A stretch of 64,000 bases of DNA from an uncultured Chloroflexia bacterium (GCA_963712745.1 CAVQJC010000015.1:138529-202528); one strand, 5' to 3'; counted from the first letter of the stretch, positions 43,216 to 52,780 are shown. Notes: generated by a model from the sequence alone, not told the origin. A program made the numbers and translations.

Positions 43216-43241
43216 GAAGGCGACCCCCGAAGGGGCCGCCC
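43216..43241 (-). terminator. Hairpin downstream of the LLM gene
   Basis: GGGCGGCCCC-TTCG-GGGGTCGCC on the - strand. Confidence 0.55.
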
Positions 43242-43332
43242 GTCGCGCTCGTGGAGACTGGCTGGAGCTACTCGGGGCCTGAAGGCTTGCGCTTCAGGTC
43301 AGTCATCTCGAGTTCTCCGCTGGGCACGTGTG

Positions 43333-44271
43333 CTAGCTGAGGAGCTCGCCCATGGCTGCGATGTGGTCGGTGTCATGAGGCAGGAAGTCCTGGAACAGCA
43401 GACGGTCGATACCGGTGTCCACGTACTCTCCGATGCGTGCCCGGGCTGAAGCCGGTGTACCCGTGATCCAGCGGTCCTCTCGCCGCTTGAGCCACTCCTC
43501 GGCGGCGACCGTGGCCTCTGCGAAGATGGACTTCTGGGCCTGGACCCGCCGCGCCATCTCGGAGTCGTCCCGACCGACCAGCACCCCGGCCATGACCGAG
43601 ATCGTCAGAGTCGCCGGATCGCGCCCGACCTTCGCGCAGACCGCCTCGAGTCGAGCCTTGATCTCGCGCACCTCCGCCGGCGTCGACGAGCTGATGTTGT
43701 ACTCGTCGCCGTACTGCGCACCGAGCCGGAGTGAACGCGGCTTGCCGGTGCCGCCGACGATGAGGTTCGGTCGCTTGCCCTTGGGGCGGAACAGTGCCTC
43801 GCGCACCTGATAGTGCTCACCCTGGAACGACCAGCCATCCGGCTCGTCCCAGAGTCCACGCAGGATGGCCAGCTCCTCCTCCATGCGGTCAACGCGTTCG
43901 ACGGTGCCGGGATAGGGGATGCCCAGCGCAGCATGCTCGCGCTCGTGCCAGCCCGCGCCCACGCCCACCTCGACACGCCCGGGGCCGGCCATCTCATCGA
44001 CCGTCGAGACGACCTTGGCGAAGGATCCGGGGATGCGGAAGGTCACCGGCGAGACCATCGAACCGAGGCCGATGCCATCAGTGTCGCGCGCCAGCCCGGC
44101 CAGGGTGGTCCAGGCGTCTGTCGTGGCCAGGTCAGTGGCACCGGGGAAGCTGGAGTAGTGGTCGGAGCGGAAGTACGTCTCGAAGCCCGCGGACTTGGCA
44201 GCCTTGGCAGCGTCGAGGATGTCCTGGTAGCTGTAGCCCTGCTGGGGCTCGGTCATGAGTGCGTAGCGCAT
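43333..44271 (-). CDS. LLM-class F420-dependent oxidoreductase (Rv1855c-like)
   Basis: TEPQQG, FRSDHY, DAWTTLAGLARDT, GAGW...EH...G. Confidence 0.88.
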   Translation of the reverse strand: MRYALMTEPQQGYSYQDILDAAKAAKSAGFETYFRSDHYSSFPGATDLATTDAWTTLAGLARDTDGIGLGSMVSPVTFRIPGSFAKVVSTVDEMAGPGRVEVGVGAGWHEREHAALGIPYPGTVERVDRMEEELAILRGLWDEPDGWSFQGEHYQVREALFRPKGKRPNLIVGGTGKPRSLRLGAQYGDEYNISSSTPAEVREIKARLEAVCAKVGRDPATLTISVMAGVLVGRDDSEMARRVQAQKSIFAEATVAAEEWLKRREDRWITGTPASARARIGEYVDTGIDRLLFQDFLPHDTDHIAAMGELLS

Positions 44272-44364
44272 CCGCGGTCGTTCTCCTGTGGGCTGGGCTG
44301 GAGACCGAATGATGCCGCAGGGTCGCGCCGGTGGGGAAACGACGACCGCGGGTACGATGCGGCC

Positions 44365-44853
44365 ATGACGTCGGCACACCTACTCGACTTCCCAGCCGCG
44401 CTCCAGGCCCCCGGAACGGCCGGGTCGCCGTTCGAGCCGGCGCTGCCGCTCGGCGAGCTACCGCCCGGAGCGCTCGTGCGCATCAGCCGCGGCGACCTCG
44501 ATGTGCTGATCGCCCACACCGACTCGGGCATCCTCGCCACCGATGACCGCTGCCCGCACATGTCGGCACCGTTCTCAGAGGGCCGCCTCGAGGGCTGCAC
44601 GCTCCACTGCCCGCTCCACCGCGGCGCGTTCGATGCCTGTGACGGCGAGGTCGTGACCTTCCCGACCACCGGCGGGCTCACCGCCGATGGCGAGTACCGC
44701 CCGACCTGGCGGCCGGAGGACGCCGTGGCGAAGGCGCCGCTGCAGGCGGATGACCCCAAGGCGAGAGCGCGAGCCAGGACCCGCGTGCGTCGCCTGCGCT
44801 ACTACCCGCTGCGAGTCGAGGGGGACATGCTCGAGATCGCGCTGCCGCGATGA
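44365..44853 (+). CDS. Rieske [2Fe-2S] ferredoxin
   Basis: CPH...CPLH; TACGAT 6 nt before ATG. Confidence 0.85.
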   Translation: MTSAHLLDFPAALQAPGTAGSPFEPALPLGELPPGALVRISRGDLDVLIAHTDSGILATDDRCPHMSAPFSEGRLEGCTLHCPLHRGAFDACDGEVVTFPTTGGLTADGEYRPTWRPEDAVAKAPLQADDPKARARARTRVRRLRYYPLRVEGDMLEIALPR

Positions 44854-45275
44854 GCTCGGGGCGGCCGACGGCCCGGCAGTGGCTACCCTGGCTCGCGGTG
44901 CTGGCGGTGATGGCGCTCATCTTCCTGGCCTCGTCGGTAAGCGGCCTGCGCGTCAGTGACGACGCGGCCGTCGACAAACCGTTCCGGGTCACCGGACACC
45001 TTCTCGAGTTCGGGGCTCTGGCGGGCTTGCTGTTGGTGGCCCTGAGCTGGGGCCGGCAGCCACGCCTGCGAGACGCGACGCTGGCGCTGGGCATCACGGT
45101 GGTGTACGCACTCAGCGACGAGCTGCACCAGTCGTTCGTGCCCGACCGCACGGGCCGGCTCGACGACGTGGTCACCGACACGGTCGGGGCCGTCATCGGC
45201 ATCGGCGTGGCCTGGCTGGTGCTCTCGGTACGCGCTCGAGCACGGCGCGACGACCCAGCCAGTGAGCCGCGTTGA
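44850..45275 (+). CDS. VanZ family membrane protein
   Basis: H..EF..L, YALSDELHQSFVP.R...DV..D. Confidence 0.9.
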   Translation: MSSGRPTARQWLPWLAVLAVMALIFLASSVSGLRVSDDAAVDKPFRVTGHLLEFGALAGLLLVALSWGRQPRLRDATLALGITVVYALSDELHQSFVPDRTGRLDDVVTDTVGAVIGIGVAWLVLSVRARARRDDPASEPR

Positions 45276-45388
45276 TGCGCGGCCCGACGCGGGCGGCCAA
45301 GCTGGAGCGGGCCATCTTGGAGGCGCGGCACGCCCTGCCGTAGCGGCGAGCCCAGGAGATACGCTCGCGCCCGAGGAGCGCGGAGAGC

Positions 45389-46738
45389 CTATTGGACCGG
45401 CTGGAGCGCGGCGCCGCTGACCTCCACGCCGAGCGCGACCACGCGCAGGCCGGCCGCGGCGGCAGCTGTGGCGTCCACGATGCGCCGCCCATCGACGACC
45501 ACGTCGCCGGCCATGGTGGGCGCGATGACGGCCCACTCGAGCGAGCCGAACTCGGGCCACTCGGTGGCGACCACGACGGCATCGGCCCCGGCACAGGCAG
45601 CAGCCGCAGAGACGGCGGCCTCGATGGGGGCATCGGGCGAGCCCTTGGCCACGAGGGCCACGCCGGGCTCGAGCGAGACCGGGTCGTAGGCGGCCACCGA
45701 GGCCCCGCGCGCCAGCAAGGCCGCGCCCAGGCGCACCGCGGGCGACTCGCGCAGGTCGTCGGTGCCGGCCTTGAAGGTCAGGCCCAGCAGGGCCACGCGC
45801 AGACCCGCGAGCGAGCGGCCGGCGGCCCGCTCGAGCCCGTCGAGCAGCCACTCGGCCTGGCTCACGTTGCTGGGCCAGATGGCATCCATCAGGGGGGTCT
45901 GCACCCCGAAGCTCGCGGCCAGCTGGGGCAAGGCCCGGGCCTGGCTGGGGAAGCAGGAGCCACCGAAGCCCGGGCCGGGGCTCAGGAAGCTGCGCACGAT
46001 GCGCGCATCCAGACCCATGCCGTCGACCACCGCCTGGGCATCCGCGCCGGTGGCCGCGGTGAGGCGGCTGATCTCGTTGGCGAAGGTGATCTTGGCCGCG
46101 AGGAAGACGTTGGAGGCGACCTTGATGGTCTCGGCACTGGTGAGGTCGGTGACCACGACCGGGGCCTCGAGCGGGGCGTAGACCGCGCGCAGGGCCTCGG
46201 CCAGGGCCGTGCCGCGCCCGCCGTCGTCGTGGCCGTCGACCCCGATGACCAGGCGGTCGGGGGCGAGGAAGTCGGCCACCGCGCTCGCTTCCTTGGTGAA
46301 CTCGGGGTTGTGGGCCAGGCGCACCGCCGGGTCGATGGCGCGGACCTCGGCGGCCAGGCCCGCCGCGGTGCCCGGCAGCAGCGTCGAGCGGATGACGATG
46401 TCGCGCGGCAGGCTCGGATCGACCGCGATCGCGCGCACCGCCGCCCGCACGATCTCGCCGTTCCACTCCTCCGCGGCATCGAGCGTGCCCACGCACACCA
46501 CGACGAGGTCGGCGCCGGCGATGGCGGCGTAGTCCACGCTGAAGCGCAGCCGCCCCTCCTCGAGCCCGGTGGCCACCAGCTCGTCGAGGCCGGGCTCGTG
46601 CACCGGCAGGTCGCCCGCGCGGAGCCGTTCGATGCGCGCCGCATCGACATCGAGGCAGACGACGTCATGGCCGACGTGCGCCAGGCAGGCAGCGGTGACC
46701 AGGCCGACGTAGCCGGCGCCGACGATGGCGATGTCCAT
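45389..46738 (-). CDS. ugd: UDP-glucose/GDP-mannose dehydrogenase
   Basis: GAGYVGL, NPEF, K..SN.FLA.KI.F.NE, GFGGSCFP, FK.GTDDLRESP. Confidence 0.9.
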   Translation of the reverse strand: MDIAIVGAGYVGLVTAACLAHVGHDVVCLDVDAARIERLRAGDLPVHEPGLDELVATGLEEGRLRFSVDYAAIAGADLVVVCVGTLDAAEEWNGEIVRAAVRAIAVDPSLPRDIVIRSTLLPGTAAGLAAEVRAIDPAVRLAHNPEFTKEASAVADFLAPDRLVIGVDGHDDGGRGTALAEALRAVYAPLEAPVVVTDLTSAETIKVASNVFLAAKITFANEISRLTAATGADAQAVVDGMGLDARIVRSFLSPGPGFGGSCFPSQARALPQLAASFGVQTPLMDAIWPSNVSQAEWLLDGLERAAGRSLAGLRVALLGLTFKAGTDDLRESPAVRLGAALLARGASVAAYDPVSLEPGVALVAKGSPDAPIEAAVSAAAACAGADAVVVATEWPEFGSLEWAVIAPTMAGDVVVDGRRIVDATAAAAAGLRVVALGVEVSGAALQPVQ

Positions 46739-46838
46739 GAACTGAGCGTAGCGGAAAGCCATCCGGGCGGTGGTGGTGGTGCATCCAGGCACCACCGAGG
46801 GGTACACAAACCTTATCGGTGCGCTAACGTCGGTCGCG

Positions 46839-48632
46839 ATGCGCCGTCCCCAGCCGGCGCGTGGGCTCGCAGCCGTGATGTCGAGTCTGCTCGTCGCCAT
46901 CACGTTCGCCACGCCCGCCAGCGCTGCCATCGCGCCGGTGGAGCCGGAGGCTGCCCCGGTCTTCTCGGCCAGCTCCAGGCAATGCACCAAGTGGAGCAGC
47001 GAGTACGTCCCGCCCAAGACCATCCGGGTGCTGCGCACGTACAAGACCGACGCGCCCGCTGGGATCCGCGGCAAGGTCCAGAAGGTCGACTTCGAGAAGT
47101 ACGTAGCCACGGTCATGGCCGTGGAGTGGCCGGAGCATTATCCCCTCGAGACCCTCAAGGCGGGGGCCATCGCCACCAAGCAGTTCGCCTGGTACTACAT
47201 CCTCAACCCGCGCGGGCAGACCAAGAAGATCGACGGCAAGAAGGTCTGCTATGACGTGGAGGACTCCACGGTGGACCAGTATTTCAAGCCGGAGAAGTAC
47301 GCGCCCGGCAAGCCCAAGGGCCCGGCGCCCGATTCCAGGATCATGGCGGCCATCGATGCCACCTGGGACATCTCGCTGCGCAAGTACAGGATCAGCGACG
47401 TCGCCAGCCGCATGTTCCTGACGGGGTACCGCGCCGGCGCCAGCAAGGTCAAGAACGAGGACGGCACCTACCGGCCGATCCGCTGCGGCGAGGATGCGAC
47501 CGGCTTCAAGCTGTTCCACAACAGCACTCGCCAGTGCGGTGAGGATGGCCTGCGCTATCGCGAGATCCTGCGGCGCTACCTGCGACCCAACCTGGAGATC
47601 GTCGACCCCGGTCACGGGAACACCATCGGCAGCGCCCACGGTGATGCCAGCGCCATGCGCATCAAGCCTGGCTTGCGCATCCCGCACGTGTGGACGCCCG
47701 GCCGGACACAGCCGGACAAGACCACCAAGGCAGGCATCTCCATCTCCTCGGATGACCTGGTCTATTTCGCCTCGGGCGACATGAACGGTGACGGCCGCCA
47801 GGACCTGGTGTGGTTGAAGAAGACCGGAGGGCGCTCGGGCAAGATCAAGGTCGCGCTGAGTGACGGCAAGAACTACAGGCCGGGCACGGACTGGTGGAGC
47901 GGCAACACGCTCGTACCGGTCGATGGCGCCAGGCTGCTGGTGGGCGACTTCTACGCCAACCAGCGCCAGGACGTGGCCATCCTCTCGCGTGGCGACGAAG
48001 CTGGGACCTCACGCCTGGTGGTGCTCAAGCGATCGGGGCCGGGAGCGAGCGAGAAGCTGAGCGACCCCGAGCAGTGGTGGGCCGGCTCGCAGGACTACGG
48101 CAAGATCGCCGGTGCCTGGCTCGGCGACCTGAGCGGCGACGGACGGGCTGATCTCATCATCCGCAAGGACATCAGCGGGGGCGGCGTCGCGCTCAAGACC
48201 GCGGTCACCAAGAGCCCGCCGGGCTCGGGCGGCCAGCGCATGACCTCGCTCCAGACGCGCTTCGAGGACGGCGCGCTCAAGCCGTCCAAGGTCAAGATGG
48301 CGGTCGGCGATGCCAACCGCGACGGCCGTGCCGACGTCATCATGCTCATCGGCGGCGCTGGCTCCGCCAAGGTCGTGCGGCTCCAGGGTCAGACGAAGGG
48401 CGGCTTCAAGCGCGTCAAGCTGTGGTCGGCACCCAAGTCGGACCCGATCCTGGTGCGGACCTCGAAGATCGGCCTGGCGGACATCGACTACGACGGACGG
48501 AGTGACCTCATCGTCTACTCGGCCGACGACAAGGGCACCCGCATGCAGGCCCTCAAGACGCGCTACACGACCATGAAGCCCGGACCGGTCTGGCGCACCG
48601 GAGCCGACGTGTCGGAGATGCGCCCCTACTAG
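46839..48632 (+). CDS. Secreted SpoIID/LytB-like domain plus FG-GAP/VCBS repeat protein
   Basis: FEKYV..V...EW...ETLKA.AIA...DQY; GDMNGDGRQDL-type repeats. Confidence 0.75.
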   Translation: MRRPQPARGLAAVMSSLLVAITFATPASAAIAPVEPEAAPVFSASSRQCTKWSSEYVPPKTIRVLRTYKTDAPAGIRGKVQKVDFEKYVATVMAVEWPEHYPLETLKAGAIATKQFAWYYILNPRGQTKKIDGKKVCYDVEDSTVDQYFKPEKYAPGKPKGPAPDSRIMAAIDATWDISLRKYRISDVASRMFLTGYRAGASKVKNEDGTYRPIRCGEDATGFKLFHNSTRQCGEDGLRYREILRRYLRPNLEIVDPGHGNTIGSAHGDASAMRIKPGLRIPHVWTPGRTQPDKTTKAGISISSDDLVYFASGDMNGDGRQDLVWLKKTGGRSGKIKVALSDGKNYRPGTDWWSGNTLVPVDGARLLVGDFYANQRQDVAILSRGDEAGTSRLVVLKRSGPGASEKLSDPEQWWAGSQDYGKIAGAWLGDLSGDGRADLIIRKDISGGGVALKTAVTKSPPGSGGQRMTSLQTRFEDGALKPSKVKMAVGDANRDGRADVIMLIGGAGSAKVVRLQGQTKGGFKRVKLWSAPKSDPILVRTSKIGLADIDYDGRSDLIVYSADDKGTRMQALKTRYTTMKPGPVWRTGADVSEMRPY

Positions 48633-48682
48633 CCGGCGGACGGCCGCGAGCCTGGGCTGAGCGGCCTAGGCGGACGCGCCGA

Positions 48683-49060
48683 TCATGCTCGCCGCTGCCA
48701 CGACCTCCACGTCTCCTCGTCGATACCGATGGTGAGCTCATGGCCACAACGCACGAGAGGCAGGCGCAACAGCCCCGGGTCTGCGACCACCCGCTGAAGG
48801 ACCTCCGCCTCGCCCATGGTGAGGTAGCCGAGACCGGCCTTGCGGTACGCCTTCGAGTCTTCGTCCAGCAGCGCGCGCGCGCCGTGCTTCTGGGCGAAGC
48901 GCTTCAGCTCACCGGGGGCCGGCGGTCGCTTCTTGAGGTCGACGAAGCTGATGGGCATACGGCGCTCCTTGAAGAAGCGCTGTGCGCGCCGCGTCTCCTT
49001 GGAGTCGTTGCGGCCGAAGACCTGGATGACCGGTCCGGGGGCCCCCTCGGCAGGCGTCAG
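48683..49060 (-). CDS. ArsC/Spx family protein, probable CTG start
   Basis: IQVFG..DS..TR.A.RFFKER...LLRLPLVR; only a CTG (overlapping the upstream TGA) precedes the domain. Confidence 0.75.
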   Translation of the reverse strand: MTPAEGAPGPVIQVFGRNDSKETRRAQRFFKERRMPISFVDLKKRPPAPGELKRFAQKHGARALLDEDSKAYRKAGLGYLTMGEAEVLQRVVADPGLLRLPLVRCGHELTIGIDEETWRSWQRRA

Positions 49061-49377
49061 CTCGCTCCGCCGTCCTTGCGAGGACGGCCACGCCGCGACT
49101 TGCGCTTGGGGGTCATCAGGCCGAAGTAGAAGCCATCGGGCGACTTCTTGACCGCGACCTCCACGCCGGCCAGTTTGGCCGCACGCATGATCTGGGCACG
49201 CACGGTGGCCGGCTTCTCGTCCTTCCCCAGCACCGCCTCATACACGACCGACTCGTCGGTGATCTTCTTGATGCGGTTGATGAGCGCCTGCTGCTCTGGG
49301 CTGACGGGCCGCCCGCGCGGCTTGGGCTTGGGCGGGTTGTCCATGAACTGGGCGTCGACCTTCCTGTACTTGGGCAT
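49057..49377 (-). CDS. Small basic protein with two AT-hook-like motifs
   Basis: KPRGRP and RRGRPRK; TACACT 7 nt before ATG. Confidence 0.7.
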   Translation of the reverse strand: MPKYRKVDAQFMDNPPKPKPRGRPVSPEQQALINRIKKITDESVVYEAVLGKDEKPATVRAQIMRAAKLAGVEVAVKKSPDGFYFGLMTPKRKSRRGRPRKDGGAS

Positions 49378-49425
49378 GCGCGCAAGTGTAGTCCCGCCTG
49401 TCTGCGCTGCTACGCTCAGGCACAC

Positions 49426-50796
49426 ATGAGGAGGAGTCGAACGCTGGCCGCCGGGGCGACCGCGGCCCCCCTGTTCCTGCTGCCGGCGGCGCCGGCCAGC
49501 GCGCATGCCCTGCACGGCAATGTCGATGCACCCCTGCCCTTCGCGGTCTACCTGCTCGGCGCCGCGGCCGCGGTGGGCCTGTCCTTCGTCTTCGTATCCA
49601 TCAGCGACGGCACACCCGTCCCCGAGCCCTCTCCCGGGCGAGTGCGCACCCTCTGGCGGCCGGCTCGCTGGCTGCTGCGACTGGTCGGGCTCGCGGCCTG
49701 GATCTGGGTCGTGGCGCAGACGGTGGCCGGGGGCACGAGCGACGCTGAAGTCGGCTCGTTGTTGCTGTGGGTCTTCGGCTGGGTCGGCCTGGCCCTGGTC
49801 AGCGCCCTGCTCGGCCCGGTGTGGGCCTGGCTGGACCCCTTCAGCACGCTCCACGACGTGCTCGCGGCGGTCATCCGCCCCACCGGCATCCGGCTCGCGG
49901 GTCGGGCACCGTGGCACGGGCGCGTCGATGCCTGGCCGGCTGCCATCGGGCTCGGCTTCTTCGTCTGGCTCGAGCTGGCGGCCCGGGTCGGAGGCGGACG
50001 CGACCTCGGCTTCGTCCTCGTGGGCTACACGCTGGTAGCGCTGGGGGGTATGGCCTGGTACGGCAAGGAGCGCTGGCGGGGGCAGGGAGAGGTCTTCAGC
50101 GTCTGGTTCGGACTGCTCGGCCGGCTGGCTCCATACGGGCTGGTGGGACAGCCGGAACAGGGTCAGGTACAGCGGCGCGGCTTCGGCAGCGCCCTGGCCC
50201 GCGAGCGATGGTCGACCGCGTTGCTCTCCGTCGTGGCCATCGGCACGGGCTCGGTCATCTGGGACGGCATCAGCCAGACCCAGCCCTACTTCGACCTGGT
50301 CGGGGAGCGTCACTTCGTCACCCAGTCGTTGCTGCTGGTCGCCTTCCTCGCGCTGATGGTCGGGCTGGTGGTGGGGGTCGGACGCAAGATCGGCATGGCT
50401 GCCATGGGTGCGGGCCTGGTGCCGGTGACCGTGGGCTACCTCGTGGCCCACTACCTGACCTACCTGCTGACCGAGGGGCAGCGCATCGTGGTCGCCTTCT
50501 CGGATCCGCTGCAACAGGGCTGGGACCTCCTGGGCACGGGCTGGTTCGAACCGCGCGACGACTGGCTGCCGGCCTCGCTGGTCTGGACGCTGCAGGTCAG
50601 CGCGGTGGTGCTGGGCCACGTGGTGGGCGCCTGGCTGGGCCACTCGGCCATCCGCCGACGACGGAGCCACGGTGAGACCGTGAGCCAGTGGCCGCTGGCG
50701 GCGCTGATGATCGGCATGACCGTGGTCGCGCTGTGGTCGCTGGGGCAGAACCTCATGTTCGTAACGGGATCCGCGGACATGGTCGCCGGCAGGTGA
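49426..50796 (+). CDS. Multi-TM membrane protein (fenitrothion-hydrolase-annotated family)
   Basis: A.AH...PLP..YL, VAHY..YL...Q...SDP...GW.L.G, GHV.GA...H, SQ.PL. Confidence 0.7.
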   Translation: MRRSRTLAAGATAAPLFLLPAAPASAHALHGNVDAPLPFAVYLLGAAAAVGLSFVFVSISDGTPVPEPSPGRVRTLWRPARWLLRLVGLAAWIWVVAQTVAGGTSDAEVGSLLLWVFGWVGLALVSALLGPVWAWLDPFSTLHDVLAAVIRPTGIRLAGRAPWHGRVDAWPAAIGLGFFVWLELAARVGGGRDLGFVLVGYTLVALGGMAWYGKERWRGQGEVFSVWFGLLGRLAPYGLVGQPEQGQVQRRGFGSALARERWSTALLSVVAIGTGSVIWDGISQTQPYFDLVGERHFVTQSLLLVAFLALMVGLVVGVGRKIGMAAMGAGLVPVTVGYLVAHYLTYLLTEGQRIVVAFSDPLQQGWDLLGTGWFEPRDDWLPASLVWTLQVSAVVLGHVVGAWLGHSAIRRRRSHGETVSQWPLAALMIGMTVVALWSLGQNLMFVTGSADMVAGR

Positions 50797-51704
50797 CCCC
50801 CAGCCCGGACATCGACGCGGTCGTCCGTCTCGACTTCGAGGTCGATCCGGCATCGACCCTGGGCGAGCTACGACACGGCCCCGGCGACCCCACCATCCGC
50901 TTCGAAGGAACCGTGGTCTGGCGTGCGCTGCGCACCAGCGAGGGGCCGGCCACCACGCGCATCTCAGCCGCTGCCGACGGCTGGCGGGTGGCGGCCTGGG
51001 GACCGGGTGCGGAGGCCGCCCTGGCCGCGGTCCCGCGCCTGCTCGGCGCGGCGGATGATCCCGCTGCGCTGGAGCTGCCTCCCGGACGTTTGCGTGACCT
51101 GGCGGCGAGGTTCCAGGGCATGCGTTTCGGCCGCACCGATGCGGTCTGGCCCTCGCTGCTGCCGGCCATCTGCGGCCAGAAGGTCACGTCCGCGCAGGCA
51201 CATCGTGCCTACTTCGGCATCCTCAGCCGCTTCGGTGTTGATGCTCCCGGGCCGGGTCGCCTGCGTCTTCCGCCCATGCCCAGCGTGATCGCCGCCCTGC
51301 CCTATTTCGAGCTGCACCCCGTGGGACTCGAGCAGCGACGGGCGCTGACGCTCATCCGGGCCGCTCGGCAGGCGACCGCGCTGGAGGAGGCCACCTTGAT
51401 GGCACCCGGCGCCGCGCTGGCCCGCCTGCGATCGGTCGCGGGCATCGGGCCGTGGACCGCGGCCGAGGTAGCACGCAGTGCCTTCGGTGACCCCGACGCG
51501 GTCAGCCTCGGCGACTTCCACATCCCCAACATGGTCTGCTGGGCCCTCGCGAGCGAGCCCCGAGGCGATGACGCACGCATGCTCGAGCTGCTCGAGCCCT
51601 ACCGTGGGCAGCGGGCGCGCGTGGTGCGCATCCTCGAGCGCTCCGGCATCCGGGCACCACGATACGGGCCGCGTGCGCGGATCCAGCGCCTCGAGCGCAT
51701 CTGA
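50793..51704 (+). CDS. AlkA/HhH-GPD DNA-3-methyladenine glycosylase family
   Basis: GDPT, AI.GQKVT, GIGPWTA, GDPDAVS.GDFH. Confidence 0.88.
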   Translation: MTPSPDIDAVVRLDFEVDPASTLGELRHGPGDPTIRFEGTVVWRALRTSEGPATTRISAAADGWRVAAWGPGAEAALAAVPRLLGAADDPAALELPPGRLRDLAARFQGMRFGRTDAVWPSLLPAICGQKVTSAQAHRAYFGILSRFGVDAPGPGRLRLPPMPSVIAALPYFELHPVGLEQRRALTLIRAARQATALEEATLMAPGAALARLRSVAGIGPWTAAEVARSAFGDPDAVSLGDFHIPNMVCWALASEPRGDDARMLELLEPYRGQRARVVRILERSGIRAPRYGPRARIQRLERI

Positions 51705-51705
51705 C

Positions 51706-51830
51706 CCGGCGGCCTGGCGCTCGGGACCGCTAGGATCGGCCGGCCGCCGTGGGACCGCTATGATCCGGCGGCCTGGCGCTCGGGACCGCTATGGAATCTC
51801 CTGGCCGCCTTGGGACCGCTACCGATTCCC
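51706..51830. repeat. Degenerate ~30-bp tandem repeat x4
   Basis: GGGACCGCTA at 51723, 51751, 51782, 51812 with alternating related spacers. Confidence 0.75.
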
Positions 51831-51884
51831 TGGCCCGCCAAGGCCGTCACTTTCGCTGGCCGTTCACAGCTTCGGATCCGGGGG

Positions 51885-51913
51885 TTGACATGGTTGTGAG
51901 TAGTCACTAACAT
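51885..51913 (+). promoter_or_regulatory. tetR promoter with overlapping operator
   Basis: TTGACA-17 nt-TAACAT; TTGTGAGTAGTCACTAA inside. Confidence 0.7.
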
Positions 51914-51920
51914 CTCCGCC

Positions 51921-52502
51921 ATGACCACGGCCATCGCACCCCGACACACCGCCGACGAGCGACGCGAGGAGATCCTCCGTGCGGCCATCGTTCGATTCGG
52001 CAAGACCGGGCTGCACGGCACGTCGACCGACGTCATCGCCCGCGATGTGGGCGTGTCGCAGCCCTACCTCTTCCGCCTGTTCGGTACCAAGAAAGAGCTC
52101 TTCATGGCGGCGGTGCGCTGGGGCTTCGACCACACCGTCGAAGCATTCCGGGTCGCCGGCGAGGCGGCAGTCGATGAGCACGATGCGTTCCGGCGCATCG
52201 GGCAGGCGTATGAGGCACTCATCAGCGACCGCAGCTATCTCGGCATCCAGCTCCAGGCCTACGCGGCCACGGATGATCCTGAGATCCGGGCCGTGGTCGA
52301 GGAGAGCTTCGGCCGTCTGGTCAATGAGATCGTCCGCCACACCCAGGCCACGCCGGCACAGCTGGCGGCATTCCTGGGCCGCGGCATGCTCATGAACGTC
52401 GCGGTGTCCATGGGTGTGCTCGAGGCCAGGACGGCCTGGGCCGGCCTGGTGCGCGACGGCTGTATCGGAGGCTTCAAGGAGGTCCACGAGCAGTTCGAGT
52501 AG
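51921..52502 (+). CDS. TetR/AcrR family regulator
   Basis: F...G..GTS...IA...GVSQPYLFRLFGTKKELF. Confidence 0.92.
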   Translation: MTTAIAPRHTADERREEILRAAIVRFGKTGLHGTSTDVIARDVGVSQPYLFRLFGTKKELFMAAVRWGFDHTVEAFRVAGEAAVDEHDAFRRIGQAYEALISDRSYLGIQLQAYAATDDPEIRAVVEESFGRLVNEIVRHTQATPAQLAAFLGRGMLMNVAVSMGVLEARTAWAGLVRDGCIGGFKEVHEQFE

Positions 52503-52534
52503 TCGCCTGGACCCCCTTCTTTGACCACTGAAGT

Positions 52535-52550
52535 TAGTGAGCACTCACTA
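52535..52550. promoter_or_regulatory. Second TetR-type operator
   Basis: Palindrome TAGTGAG-CA-CTCACTA, similar to the site at 51894. Confidence 0.65.
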
Positions 52551-52565
52551 CACGGGAGAAACACC

Positions 52566-52733
52566 ATGTCAGTACGAACACTCGCCCTCTGGACCGCCGT
52601 CGCGACCGGTGCCGCCCTCGTGGTGGCGACCCGCGGTGGTCACGACCAGCGCCGCGGCGGCGCGCAAAAGTGGGACGGCCGGGAACAGGAGCATCCGCAC
52701 CGGCCACGCCGAAGCCGGGGCCGGCGCGGCTAG
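52566..52733 (+). CDS. Small membrane/secreted protein
   Basis: SD GGGAGA; hydrophobic N-terminus. Confidence 0.4.
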   Translation: MSVRTLALWTAVATGAALVVATRGGHDQRRGGAQKWDGREQEHPHRPRRSRGRRG

Positions 52734-52780
52734 GGCCGCGCGCAGGCCACACCACACAACGGGGGAGAAGGAGAAGACCC

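Noticed and set aside
51706-51830. GGGACCGCTA repeats as a mini-CRISPR
   Set aside because: The repeat is only about 10 bp and the intervening sequences are copies of one another (A-B-A-B).
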